Program-made: the position numbers and the translations under genes
In this document: one piece after another, positions 39,523 through 49,680 of the stretch
Position numbering within the stretch: the stretch's first letter is position 1
Layout of the letters: the number at the start of each line of letters is the position of its first letter
Source: an uncultured delta proteobacterium
GTDB taxonomy: Bacteria > Desulfobacterota > RBG-13-43-22
Direction: 5' to 3'
Assembly: GCA_963790475.1 (NCBI GenBank)
Contig: CAWBOS010000012.1
Span: 1,184,001 to 1,248,000 of the forward strand
DNA length: 64,000 nucleotides
Notes under the pieces: generated by a model
Databases searched by the model: none
What the model was told of the DNA's origin: nothing
Seen by the model: only the letters and a program-made list of their open reading frames with translations

Positions 39523-40525
39523 CTTCCTTTCTATCTACGTATTGATGAATCCAAGACATGATGCCGTCAATGTCCTTAAGATCCAACTCCCATAAGTGTG
39601 CTTCTGCAAACTCAACCGCCGGGCGTGTGAAACCTGAGGTAGTCGCCAAGATCGCTTTACTGGCTCCGATGTGGTGCTTGACCCCGTAAAGGGACCGGAC
39701 CAACGCAACGTCCACTCTTCTTTCCTTCGAATACCGCTTGCACTCGACAAGGAAGCGCAATGGAACTTTATGAAGATTCGTCACAGCAAGAATGTCGACA
39801 CCTCCGTCACGAGTCCGTTTCGTTTGTTCTACCGAGTAGCCAAGTCCCTTGAACAGCTCAGCCATTAGGTCTTCGAAAGGCTGAGAACCAACCTGGTAAA
39901 TAAGCTCGGGATTCTTAACTATTTTTTTTATGAGTAGCTCGCCGATGTCTATAATAAGAGGAATTCCTTGTTCGCTGTATGGCGTTTCCTCCGGCAAAGC
40001 AATCCAATTCTCCTTGCAGATGTCGAAAACCGCCTCTGCAATATGTACTGTCTCTGGTGATAATATGGGAAGCAACTCGTAGGCGCATTTCAGGACATCT
40101 GTTCCTGGGGTAACTTGGTCGTGGGCCACACAACTGATCGAGAATAGCCATGCTTCCGCTTCGGCAACGTCACGGAGTCTCTGCCACGATTCCTCTGGCC
40201 GGGAATCCATGTGATCAAGCATTAAATGCGCAAGTTCGTGGTAGAATACCAGTCTATCCTGTGCGACGGCACTAATTTGAGAAAGAATCATGCCCATAGA
40301 ACCGTCTGGCATGGTCAGGCTGAGGCCACGAGCTTCCCCGACGGAGTCGCTGGTATCGATCGCTATAGTGAAACCAAGGTCCTTGCAGAGGTCAACGGCG
40401 ACCTCGGGAAAAGGTCGTGATCGGTAGCTTTTCGAAATGCCCGCGATTTCAAGGGACTTGTCGAACACCGCCTTCAGACGTATGGGATTGCCACCCACCA
40501 ACTTCGCCAATTCGTCAATATCCAA
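39500..40525 (-). CDS. HExxH peptidase-like domain fused to an Mrr-like endonuclease
   Basis: FYHELAH..AEAEA; FEDLMAELF..LGY, DGGVDILA, VECKRY, TTSGFT. Confidence 0.82.
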   Translation of the reverse strand: MDIDELAKLVGGNPIRLKAVFDKSLEIAGISKSYRSRPFPEVAVDLCKDLGFTIAIDTSDSVGEARGLSLTMPDGSMGMILSQISAVAQDRLVFYHELAHLMLDHMDSRPEESWQRLRDVAEAEAWLFSISCVAHDQVTPGTDVLKCAYELLPILSPETVHIAEAVFDICKENWIALPEETPYSEQGIPLIIDIGELLIKKIVKNPELIYQVGSQPFEDLMAELFKGLGYSVEQTKRTRDGGVDILAVTNLHKVPLRFLVECKRYSKERRVDVALVRSLYGVKHHIGASKAILATTSGFTRPAVEFAEAHLWELDLKDIDGIMSWIHQYVDRKEGPTITST

Positions 40526-40574
40526 TTCTATTCCTCAAGTAGGACCCTGTCTCCACATTGGCGACGTCGCAGGC

Positions 40575-40722
40575 GGCCAACAAGTTATTCTAATGTTTTT
40601 CTGTATATCTTCCCAGCCCACAGGATCACGAACCTATTAAATTTGATTTATCTGTCAGGCTGACAGTGATTTTTTATTATACCACTCTAAATTTATTATA
40701 AATAATTAAAAATATCCTGACA
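40575..40722 (-). promoter_or_regulatory. attI-like site plus promoter module, copy B
   Basis: rc TAGAATAACTT-GTTGGCC; TGGTATAAT extended -10; shared AATTAAAA(A)TAT(T/C)CTGACAG. Confidence 0.62.
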
Positions 40723-41053
40723 GATCCTTTTTCGATATCTATTGATTTCACTGTATATCTTGTCATTTTACAGGATATACAGAAACACGGATAATCATCA
40801 TCATGCCATATATTAAATGCCCGGCCCACGCGCCGGCAGGAAAGCCAGGATGAGCCGTTTATGGGCCAGGATTAGGCGCTATGGGTTCAATCAGATTCAT
40901 TTTTGAATTGGACCTTAAGAAAGAAAGGGCGGTCCTTATGCTAACCCAATTTGGTTAAAAGAACCGCCCCGTTGTCTCCGGTTTTGTAAATGGTTTTGCT
41001 GTAATACTTTAGGTTTTTGAAGATTAGGCCTTTTCAAGACAACATTAGAGTCA

Positions 41054-41130
41054 AAATCCCCCTCAATCCCCCTTTTTCTAAGGGGGAAGTCTTTCTCCTT
41101 CCTTTGAAAAAGGGAGGTCGGGAGGGATTT
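41054..41130. repeat. REP-like palindrome
   Basis: AAATCCCCCTCAATCCCCCTTT..AAGGGGG...AAAGGGAGGTCGGGAGGGATTT. Confidence 0.6.
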
Positions 41131-41175
41131 ATGAATATTTTTTCAAACAGCTAAATTAATACTTTTTGCCTTGTT

Positions 41176-42303
41176 TTACAAGGCCGCCGCCTTTTCCTGA
41201 TAGACTTTTTCCAGTTCCGCCAGTGCTGTTTTCACATCCGCCGCTTCGATGGTCGGACCGCACCAGAAACGAAATCCCGGAGGGGCGTCCCTGTAAGACC
41301 CTATATCGTGGGCAGAGTTTTTTCGGCTCATTTCGTTCACGATGCTTTTGATGAATTTGGTTTGGTCCTCTTTGGCAAGGGCTGTAAACTTTTCCGAGGT
41401 CACATTCAAACAAACGGAGGTGTTGGAGCGGATCTCGACCGATTCTGCCAGAAAGGCTATCCAGTCGGTTTTTTCCACCCAATCTTCGATCACTCTCAGA
41501 TTGGCCTTGCTTCGGTCGATAAGCCCGCGAAGCCCTATTCCTCCTGCCCACTTGAGGGCATCGAGATAATCTTCTACGCAAATCATGGAAGTGGTATTGA
41601 TAACCTCGCCGATAAAGATGGCCTGGTTAATGGTATCGCCCTTTTTCATGCGGAAAAGCTTGGGCATGGGCCAGGGCGGATCATAAGACTCAAGGCGTTT
41701 GACCGCCCTGGGACTTAAGGCCAGCATGCCGTGGGCGGCTTCCCCACCGAGGCACTTCTGCCAGGAAAAGGTCAAAACATCAATTTTCGCCCAGTCGATA
41801 TCCATAGCGAAGGCCGCGCTGGTGGCGTCACAGAGGGATAACCCCTGACGATCGGCGGGAATCCATTCCCAATTAGGGATCTTGACGCCGCTGGTAGTGC
41901 CGTTAGCAACATAAACAACATCGTTGGACCAGTCTACGGATTTCAAGTCGGGAATTTTTCCATAATCCGCTTTCTTGATAGTCGGATTAAGTTTCAATTG
42001 TTTGGAGATGTCCGTCGCCCAGCCTTGGCTGAAGCTTTCCCACACCAAAACCGTTACTGGCCTGGGACCGAGCAGACTCCACATGGCGGCTTCAAAAGCT
42101 CCGGTATCTGAGGCAGGCATGATGCCCAGCAAATAATCTTCAGGCATTTCCAGAATTCTTTTGCTTTCATTAATGGCCTTGGCCAGCTTTTCCTTTCCCA
42201 AGGCGGAGCGATGAGATCGGCCTGTCAGGGCATCCTTTAAGCCGTCAAGGGTCCATCCGGGCCTTTTGCTGCAAGGGCCGGAGCTGAAATTTGGATTGTG
42301 CAT
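41176..42303 (-). CDS. serC: Phosphoserine aminotransferase (Methanosarcina-type)
   Basis: [49 protein letters not shown]. Confidence 0.92.
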   Translation of the reverse strand: MHNPNFSSGPCSKRPGWTLDGLKDALTGRSHRSALGKEKLAKAINESKRILEMPEDYLLGIMPASDTGAFEAAMWSLLGPRPVTVLVWESFSQGWATDISKQLKLNPTIKKADYGKIPDLKSVDWSNDVVYVANGTTSGVKIPNWEWIPADRQGLSLCDATSAAFAMDIDWAKIDVLTFSWQKCLGGEAAHGMLALSPRAVKRLESYDPPWPMPKLFRMKKGDTINQAIFIGEVINTTSMICVEDYLDALKWAGGIGLRGLIDRSKANLRVIEDWVEKTDWIAFLAESVEIRSNTSVCLNVTSEKFTALAKEDQTKFIKSIVNEMSRKNSAHDIGSYRDAPPGFRFWCGPTIEAADVKTALAELEKVYQEKAAAL

Positions 42304-42688
42304 AAATTCTTCCTTTCCTTTTTTTAACTTGGTGATTTCTCTTCCGGTAAAATAGAAGATATTTTGATTGGATTATGTCTTCGGGGTCTCCTCGGATAAT
42401 TTCTTTTCGATTCCCGGACTTGGAAGTTTTTCCTTTGATAGGAGACCTGTAAACTTTTTTTATGCCACATTTTCCAATAATTGTGAAGTGATTTTTAACT
42501 ATCAAGGGTGGATACACCTTATCCCGCGGCCTCTCCAAAACTAATCTTCCATGTCATTGAAAATAGGCAATAAGGATTTCCCTGCGTTTTCTCTTGAAAC
42601 TGTAAGCAATATCATTCAATTTCCAAAATTCTCCGAAACAACCCATTAATAATTATATTAATAAATCAATGTGTTGTTTAGAATTATT

Positions 42689-42703
42689 TGGTATATGCCT
42701 TGC
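42689..42703 (+). promoter_or_regulatory. Sigma-54 promoter
   Basis: TGGTATATGCCTTGC. Confidence 0.6.
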
Positions 42704-42773
42704 TGAATCAATAGATAAAGGGATTCAGAAACAACAGGCGGGAGGAGTCCTGAAACCTTTTTAGAGGGGAAAA

Positions 42774-43061
42774 ACGACGGGAAAAAAGCTCAGAAGGATT
42801 TTGTACATCGATCCAGGCGGGAAAGTCATGTATATCCTGATCCGAGGAGGGGTAATGATAAAATCGATGCTCTCTTTGGAAACCACCCTGTCAATCCTGA
42901 CAAAACAGAATTTTGATTTACTCCTCACCAACCCCCTGAATATGACCATCCTGAACCCTCAGGAATCAATCCAGAATAGGGTCATGGATGTCTTAAGGGT
43001 ATTGACCTGTTCCAAAAAAGACTCTTTTGGACCCTTTGATTCTCAAACTGCAACGGCTTGA
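42774..43061 (+). CDS. Paralog of 30340-30618 with ACG ACG in place of ATG ATG
   Basis: KVMYILIRGGV.IKS..SLET.LS.L.KQ.FDL.L..PLNM.IL.PQE shared. Confidence 0.55.
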   Translation, partial: TTGKKLRRILYIDPGGKVMYILIRGGVMIKSMLSLETTLSILTKQNFDLLLTNPLNMTILNPQESIQNRVMDVLRVLTCSKKDSFGPFDSQTATA

Positions 43062-43157
43062 ATATCCATTCTTTATTTTGCCAAAACCCAGTAATGTCTT
43101 CTCCATACGGGGAGGGCAATATTATAGAGTCGGGATTTTGAAACTGCTGAGGATTCG

Positions 43158-43790
43158 TTATTGAACACTAACGATAGAAATGACCGGGTTCATCATGTAG
43201 CGGTTACTTCCGGTTTGGTGGATAGACTTATCACCGTCTAAGTCCAGTAAAATACTTTTTACCCCTCCAGCTGCCAGATCGAATTCCCGGTTCAGCTTTA
43301 TTTCCCCCGATGATATTTCCAGGGGGGCATTCGCTCCCATGGGAGTGTCAATGAAAGAACCACAGGACGAACCGCCCGCAGTATTGTCAAAATAAAGAGC
43401 ACTTTGGGTGACCACTAATCGAATCTGAGTATAATGGCCCGCCGGAAGGAGAGCGGTTCCCAGGACGTCATTCGCCCCCCCGACCAGTTTCTTGAGGTCG
43501 CAGGTGCGTGAGTTTCCTGTCGTAAAGGGGACCGTAACCCAGCCGTTGGTGGTGTGATGGACTTGTACTTCGGAAAAGGTCACCAGAACCGCCTTGGCCT
43601 CGTTGAAGGGGCTGTCGGTCAGGTTGACAGTCAGGGTTCCGGTGGTCCCGCCTCCTCCTGAACTGGTGGTGCCTCCACCGCCGCCGGAGCAAGCGCATAA
43701 TCCGGAGAGTGATAAAACAAGCATCCCCAGCCCGATTAGATAAAAGAATTTCTTTAAATCCATTTTCATCTCATAAAAAGATTTCGCCAC
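43158..43790 (-). CDS. DUF4382-like lipoprotein
   Basis: Lipobox, Gly linker, LTVNLTDSP, LPAGHYTQIRL, LDLDGDKSI. Confidence 0.78.
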   Translation of the reverse strand: MAKSFYEMKMDLKKFFYLIGLGMLVLSLSGLCACSGGGGGTTSSGGGGTTGTLTVNLTDSPFNEAKAVLVTFSEVQVHHTTNGWVTVPFTTGNSRTCDLKKLVGGANDVLGTALLPAGHYTQIRLVVTQSALYFDNTAGGSSCGSFIDTPMGANAPLEISSGEIKLNREFDLAAGGVKSILLDLDGDKSIHQTGSNRYMMNPVISIVSVQ

Positions 43791-43837
43791 AATCCTTGTT
43801 AAGGCATACCTCTTCCTTAATTATTTAGTTGATTTAG

Positions 43838-44514
43838 AAACCCCCGCCCTAAGGGCGGGGTCATGTGGACTGGCTATGCCGGTCCCGAATGGGCTTGGCT
43901 GAAAGCCCACCCACTGCTATTTTTTCCATCGAGTTGTTGCCGCAACATCGAAAGAAAGGAGATAGCAGTGAGTAGATTCCGAAAATTATCACATACCATA
44001 TGGCATTGTCAGTATCATATTGTCTGGGTTCCGAAATATCGCTATCAGATATTGGCTGGGAACATCGGGGAAACGATGGCCAGCGGGATCCAAGCGATTT
44101 GCGGGTATGCGGGTTGTGAAGTTAACGAGTTGAATGTTCAAAAGGATCATATTCATCTGGTAGCCATGGTTCCGCCCAAAGTATCGATATCGGACTTGAT
44201 GGGGCGGGTCAAGGGTCAGACATCGATGAAAATGTTTAACCAGTATCGGCAGTTGCGGAAGAAGCCGTATTGGGGTAATCATTTTTGGACCCCGGGGTAT
44301 TGTGTGGATACCGTTGGAATGGATGAGGAACTGATCCGGAAGTATGTCCGGTATCAAGAGGAAAAAGAAAAACAGTTCGAACAATTGCACTTGAATTTGT
44401 AGATCATCCATAACGCGGCACAACTCGGAAGCCCTGCCTCCTCAGGGGGCAGGGCCATTGCCCCCCTATGGGGGGCCCAGTTAAAGCCACGCCCTATGGG
44501 CGTGGATTATTTAC
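43838..44514 (+). mobile_element. IS200/IS605-family element (TnpA only)
   Basis: Subterminal hairpins CCCCGCCCTAAGGGCGGGG and CCACGCCCTATGGGCGTGG; no tnpB. Confidence 0.9.
43968..44402 (+). CDS. tnpA: HUH Y1 transposase
   Basis: YHIVWVPKYR, DHIH, KGQTS, FWTPGY, YVRYQ. Confidence 0.95.
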   Translation: MSRFRKLSHTIWHCQYHIVWVPKYRYQILAGNIGETMASGIQAICGYAGCEVNELNVQKDHIHLVAMVPPKVSISDLMGRVKGQTSMKMFNQYRQLRKKPYWGNHFWTPGYCVDTVGMDEELIRKYVRYQEEKEKQFEQLHLNL

Positions 44515-44515
44515 T

Positions 44516-44530
44516 GCATATCTGGTGCCA
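44516..44530 (-). promoter_or_regulatory. Sigma-54 promoter facing the DUF4382 gene
   Basis: rc TGGCACCAGATATGC. Confidence 0.6.
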
Positions 44531-44695
44531 ATATCTAAACGCATAATTTATTAATTATATTTACTTGTTATAATTAGACTTGAAAAAGACAAATTCATCT
44601 ACTGTAGGGAAAACCAGACAAGAAATAGAGGAAAAACAAAAAAATCGATTTCGACTAAAAATTATCACTCCAAATTTACAGGTGTTCCCTTCGGT

Positions 44696-45079
44696 CTATT
44701 TCAGCCACCGGATGAATTCTAGCACATTATGGTCAGGATCGCTAATATAAATCCATTTCTCCTCCCCGGCGATTTCCAGCGGACCTTTAACGACCGGGAT
44801 ATGATGGTCCTCAATCAACTTGAGGGTCTGAGACATATCATCGCTGGTGAGTGCCAGATGCGGGCAATACGGCGGTTTGATCGTCGGCCTGGTAAAGGGT
44901 TCTCCGCCCAGCCGCTGAATCAATTCCAAGTTTCCTCCGGTTAACTCCAGAAAGGCATATTCCTCTTGTTCTTCCGTGTTCACCTCCCGGAAGATGAGCC
45001 GCAACCCTAAGACCTGGGTGTAGAACCTGATGGACTGATCCATATCGGAGACCTCAAAAGCCATATGATCGTTTTTCAC
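44696..45079 (-). CDS. VOC/glyoxalase family
   Basis: DHMAFEVSD..SIRFY, HLAL, DPDHNVLEF. Confidence 0.88.
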   Translation of the reverse strand: MKNDHMAFEVSDMDQSIRFYTQVLGLRLIFREVNTEEQEEYAFLELTGGNLELIQRLGGEPFTRPTIKPPYCPHLALTSDDMSQTLKLIEDHHIPVVKGPLEIAGEEKWIYISDPDHNVLEFIRWLK

Positions 45080-45256
45080 AATTGATGTCCTTTATCTCCA
45101 CAGAATAGGCGACTGATCCCTGCCTGATTCTTACATTAGATTATTTGAGAGTCTATCTCTATCATTTTATACCAGACCCTCTATGACCATCCTAAGATTT
45201 CGAATAGCATTTTTTACCTTTTATTCCCTAATTTATTGAATCGGGTTGGTACGGGG

Positions 45257-46528
45257 TTATGTGGCCAAGTCTTCCGCTCTTATCCATTCCAGTATGCGTT
45301 TGGCTACCTCTTCGCCGGCGTCTTCCTGAATCATATGACCAGCTTTCTGTATAATTTCAATCGACCCGGCGTTCTTAAATATCCCGGCCAGATAAGGGCC
45401 ATTGGGTTTGGTCACCTCATCTTTTTCTCCCCACAGGAGCTTGACCGGTATATCCAGGGACTTCAATCGCTCGATGGCTTTACGGTTATCATAGGAGCCG
45501 GGTTGATCGGGCCTGATCGGCACCAGTCGTGGAAAAAGAAGGGCACAGGTCTGGTAGTCTCTTGAAGGAAACGGCGCTTGGTAGGCGGTAGCCTCGGCAT
45601 CGGTGAGAGCCCTGTTTACGGCAATACGCATCATCTGATCCACCGGCATTTCTTTCATCCGCTGGGAAGCCCTGAGCCAGTTGTTGAAGGCCTCATGGGA
45701 TTTCACTCCGGGGGTTATACCCGTATTCATGGCTACAAGCCGTTTGAAGCGTTCCGGCTTCTCAGAAAGCACCCTCATCCCGATCATCCCGCCCCAATCT
45801 TGGGCAACCAGGGTTATGTTCTTCAGGTCCAGGGTCTCGATGAATTTCTTCATCCATCGGACATGAGATTTGTAGGAATAGGCGTTCACCTGGGCAGGCT
45901 TATCGGACCGGCCGAATCCGATCAGGTCCGGAACGATGACCCGTCCCGCTTCAGCCAGGACCGGGATCATGTGTCGATAAAGGAAACCCCAGGTCGGTTC
46001 CCCGTGCTGCATCCAGATCGGATCACCCGAACCCGCCTCCACATAGGCCAAACGAAGGCCTTCGATCTCCACATATTTCGGTTCATAGGGAAAATCAGGC
46101 AGATTGGCAAAGCGTTCTTCGGCGGTGCGCAAGACCGAACCTTCCGGCCAATCCAGAATCTTCGGCATGTCCCGGTGACGAACCAGTTTTTCAACAGTCA
46201 CCGCTTCAATACCCTCGGAAAACTCGGCCATCCAAAGCAAAAAATCGAGAAGGTCGTTATTGATCTCGTGTTCCGGGGGCCGGGGTTCCCAGCGATCCCA
46301 ATACCCGTAGATCGTGGCCATAGAGGGGCGGCTGCGGCCAAGGTCCGCCAACTCCAGGCTGTACAAGTAATCATGCTTCGATTGCCAGTAAATTTTCCCG
46401 GCACGCAGGCCCAAGGCCTTCTCCAAAGCCTCGGCCATATCGGGTCGCACATCCAGTTCCTGCTCCCACAAGAGGGGATCGGGGCGGAGATGTTCCAGTT
46501 CTTTCGGATCGGGTTTTATGAATTCCAT
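45257..46528 (-). CDS. Haloalkane dehalogenase-like hydrolase with ~130-aa N-terminal extension
   Basis: LRTAEERFANLPDFPY, HGEPTW, QDWGG, GHMIQED. Confidence 0.85.
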   Translation of the reverse strand: MEFIKPDPKELEHLRPDPLLWEQELDVRPDMAEALEKALGLRAGKIYWQSKHDYLYSLELADLGRSRPSMATIYGYWDRWEPRPPEHEINNDLLDFLLWMAEFSEGIEAVTVEKLVRHRDMPKILDWPEGSVLRTAEERFANLPDFPYEPKYVEIEGLRLAYVEAGSGDPIWMQHGEPTWGFLYRHMIPVLAEAGRVIVPDLIGFGRSDKPAQVNAYSYKSHVRWMKKFIETLDLKNITLVAQDWGGMIGMRVLSEKPERFKRLVAMNTGITPGVKSHEAFNNWLRASQRMKEMPVDQMMRIAVNRALTDAEATAYQAPFPSRDYQTCALLFPRLVPIRPDQPGSYDNRKAIERLKSLDIPVKLLWGEKDEVTKPNGPYLAGIFKNAGSIEIIQKAGHMIQEDAGEEVAKRILEWIRAEDLAT

Positions 46529-46549
46529 TTCAATATATCCTCTCCGGCC

Positions 46550-47461
46550 TTAAGCCTTTTTCTGTTTATCCAGAAAACGGACGATTTCTCGGGCCAGATC
46601 AGGTCCGCGATCATCCTGCAGGAAATGGGCGGCGCGATCGAACTCAATCGGCCCTTCGGCTTGGGGCAACAGCTTTTTCAAATGGTGGGCATAGCTGATA
46701 TCGAACACATTGTCGCCGGGTGCCCACAGCAGCAGGGTTGGAATATCCTTCAGTTCTCCCAGACGATCTTCAATGAGCTGCATGTCCGCCCAACCGCGAT
46801 CCCCTTTCTTCAGGGGAATCGTCCGCGGCCAGGTCAAAACCACATGATCTGAATCCGGTTCCTCAAAAACGTGGTGATAAGCCCGGGCTTCATCTTCGGT
46901 CATTCCCCTTTGAGAGACTGCCGATGGTCCGCGCATAGACAGGACCTTCATTTTTTTATGAAAAAATTGACCGAACAGCGGGGCATGCCAGGTAGTCCAG
47001 GGCCAGGGAGATTGATGAAATCGCCCGATATAACTGGTGTAACACCAGGTATTCATCAGCACCATGGCTTTTAAACGATATACCCTGGTCAAAGCCGCTC
47101 CTACCCCCTGAGGTCCGCCCCAATCCTGACCCACGATGACAAAGTCACGCAAGTCGAGTTGATCGATGAGCGACACGAGATCGGCGATGTGGTGGGCCAA
47201 AGTCAGGGCCGCATCGTGACGCGGGTGATCCGAATACCCCGCGCCCACCCAATCCGGGGCAATGGCCCGGTATCCGGAATCGACCAATACCGGGATAAAA
47301 TCCCGGTATAAAAAACCCCAGGTTGGATTTCCGGAAAGCAGAAGCACCGGAACACGATCTTCATCGCCTTCATCGACATAGGCCATGGCCCGGCCGTTTA
47401 CCTGGAGAGCTTTTTGTTCCCAGGGAAAAATCTTCTTGAGCCAATCAGGTTTTGTGCGCAA
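46550..47461 (-). CDS. Haloalkane dehalogenase-like alpha/beta hydrolase
   Basis: SGNPTWGFLYR, QDWGG, AHFLQDD. Confidence 0.82.
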   Translation of the reverse strand: MRTKPDWLKKIFPWEQKALQVNGRAMAYVDEGDEDRVPVLLLSGNPTWGFLYRDFIPVLVDSGYRAIAPDWVGAGYSDHPRHDAALTLAHHIADLVSLIDQLDLRDFVIVGQDWGGPQGVGAALTRVYRLKAMVLMNTWCYTSYIGRFHQSPWPWTTWHAPLFGQFFHKKMKVLSMRGPSAVSQRGMTEDEARAYHHVFEEPDSDHVVLTWPRTIPLKKGDRGWADMQLIEDRLGELKDIPTLLLWAPGDNVFDISYAHHLKKLLPQAEGPIEFDRAAHFLQDDRGPDLAREIVRFLDKQKKA

Positions 47462-47803
47462 TATCTTCCCCTCCTTTATCTTGATCCTGCAAAAGTCGTG
47501 GCTTCACGATCATCCCTCTCATCCAAAATCCGGGATTAAGTGATTAATAAGAATCGGCGGTATTCACCCACCCACGCGGTCGTTTTTTACAGAGTATCAA
47601 AAAGTTTCTCAAAATACAACTAACCATCAACGACCTATTGTGTCTTGACCCATACCTCATTCTTTTTAATATTTATTGATTAACTCCAGCAAAATTGTTA
47701 AATTATTATATTAGATCATCTGAGAATTTATCTCTAACATTTTGGGCAAGACTCCCTATGACCTCCCAATATTTCAAGTAGGTTTTGATAGGTTTATCAG
47801 ACG

Positions 47804-48790
47804 ATGAATACCGTGCCTCAAGAGAAAGGCGGCGAAGAGAAGGGAACCCGTGCCGGAATAAGCCTAAGGTTCGCGCCGATTCTATTTTTTCTTTGCCTTA
47901 TCTTTAATCATTTTTCCCCCCCTGCGGGATTCTGCATGAATGAGGGCCAAATGGTTGATCGTATAGCTTGGCCGTCCGAGATAGGCGGCTGGATATGGGA
48001 CAAAGAAGCAAAGGCGTTTGACCGAAAGACCCTCTTCAATCATATCGACGGCGCGGCTGAAGTCTACCTCGCCTATAACTTTCAGCAGGCCTCCGTTCGC
48101 CGATACATAAAGACCGGCCAAGCGGATATCGTAGCCGAGGTTTACATAATGGGGTCCTCCGAGGATGCCTTTGGGGTTTTTTCCTTAGAGCGTCAAGATC
48201 CGGAGGTTGGTATCGGTCAGGGATCGGAGTTCGGCGGCGGCCTACTGAGATTCTGGAAAGGGAGATATTTTGTGTCCGTCCTTGCCGAAGGAGAAGGAAA
48301 AGAAATAGAGGCGGCGGTTCTCAGCTTCGGACGCCAGCTGGAGTCCTCGATTAAAGAGACCGGTCAGCCACCAAGGATCCTCCGCTATTTGCCGGAGCTT
48401 CCGTCACTTCCCTCCTATGATAAGCTTTGTTTTGTGCACAGCCCCATTCTTCTAAACCGCTGTTTCTTCCTTTCTCATGACAATATTCTCAAACTCGGCA
48501 GCGATGTTCAGGCGGTTCTCGCCCGTTATCCCCGGGGCAATAACAAGATACGTGTGCTTATCGTCGGCTATCCTTCAGAGGCCAGTGCCCGTTCGGCTTT
48601 GGAAAGTTTCAAATCCGCCTATATGCCGGAGGCCGGGCAAAATAATTCCGTCCGGACAGAAGACAACACCTGGACAAAAATAGAACATTACCGGAAGTTT
48701 GTCGTCGTCGTATTCGGGACAGAGCTTCAATCCGACGCCGAACAACTGGTACAATTCACAGTTGCCAAAATAAAGGAGGAAGGCTCATGA
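47804..48790 (+). CDS. DUF6599-like exported protein
   Basis: LFNHIDGAAEVY, DAFGVFS, FWKGRYFV. Confidence 0.7.
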   Translation: MNTVPQEKGGEEKGTRAGISLRFAPILFFLCLIFNHFSPPAGFCMNEGQMVDRIAWPSEIGGWIWDKEAKAFDRKTLFNHIDGAAEVYLAYNFQQASVRRYIKTGQADIVAEVYIMGSSEDAFGVFSLERQDPEVGIGQGSEFGGGLLRFWKGRYFVSVLAEGEGKEIEAAVLSFGRQLESSIKETGQPPRILRYLPELPSLPSYDKLCFVHSPILLNRCFFLSHDNILKLGSDVQAVLARYPRGNNKIRVLIVGYPSEASARSALESFKSAYMPEAGQNNSVRTEDNTWTKIEHYRKFVVVVFGTELQSDAEQLVQFTVAKIKEEGS

Positions 48791-49680
48791 AACAAGGAAT
48801 CACAGTGACCCGTCGCGATTTTTTGAAGGGGACCGCCGGCCTGGTCATGACCATGGGTCTTGGAGCGTCAATCCCATCCGAAGCAAAGCCGGAGGGTAGG
48901 GCAAGGGTTGTCCTCATCAGGCACCGGAAGGTGCTGGGCTCAGACGGCAAGATAGATGCGAATATTCTGCAATCCATGCTTGATGAGGCCGTCCAAACGC
49001 TCCTTAATGAGAAAGAGCCCTTGAAGGCCTGGCAGAGGCTGTTCAAGAAGTCGGATATCGTCGGTATTAAGAGCAATTCCTGGCGATACCTGCCCACGCC
49101 GGTGGAGATGGAGCAGGCCATTCGGAGCCGGCTGCTCAATATTGGCATTCCTGAGGGTTCGCTGGCGGTCGATGACCGGGGGGTGCTCAACAATCCGGTA
49201 TTCCAGAAATCGACCGCGCTCTTAAACGTGCGCCCGGTGAGATCGCACCACTGGGCCGGTGTCGGGACTTGCCTTAAGAATTACATCATGTTTGTTCCCA
49301 CACCCTCGGCCTATCACGGGGATGCCTGTTCCGATCTGGGAAAAATCTGGACCTTCCCCTTGGTCAAAGATAAGACCCGCTTGAATATCCTCGTGGCCCT
49401 GACTCCCCAATTCTATGGGAGGGGCTCCAATTCTTTTGACCGACGCTACCTCTGGTCTTACAACGGGTTGATCGTAGGCCTTGATCCCGTTTCCGTTTCA
49501 GCCGTTGGGGCAGAGCTCCTCCGGTTGAAGAGAATCGCCTTCTTTGGTGAAGATCGTGACCTGGATGTCCAGCCTGTTCACATTGCTGTGGCCGACAAGA
49601 AATATCACCTTGGTATAAGTGATTTGAACCGCATCGAGATTATCAAGCTCGGGTGGATGGACCAGGTGTTATTGGCTTGA
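48787..49680 (+). CDS. DUF362-like protein with Tat signal
   Basis: TRRDFLK; VGIKSN; SHHWAGVGTCLKN. Confidence 0.78.
   Translation: MKQGITVTRRDFLKGTAGLVMTMGLGASIPSEAKPEGRARVVLIRHRKVLGSDGKIDANILQSMLDEAVQTLLNEKEPLKAWQRLFKKSDIVGIKSNSWRYLPTPVEMEQAIRSRLLNIGIPEGSLAVDDRGVLNNPVFQKSTALLNVRPVRSHHWAGVGTCLKNYIMFVPTPSAYHGDACSDLGKIWTFPLVKDKTRLNILVALTPQFYGRGSNSFDRRYLWSYNGLIVGLDPVSVSAVGAELLRLKRIAFFGEDRDLDVQPVHIAVADKKYHLGISDLNRIEIIKLGWMDQVLLA

Noticed and set aside
40751-40782. CTGTATATC...GATATACAG palindrome as a LexA box
   Set aside because: Spacing does not fit CTGT-N8-ACAG; function unassigned
44402-44514. TnpB/IscB omega-RNA system
   Set aside because: No nuclease ORF; the hairpins are explained by the IS200 right end
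45578-46852. 424-aa plus-strand ORF
   Set aside because: Antisense shadow of two motif-supported hydrolases; no motifs of its own
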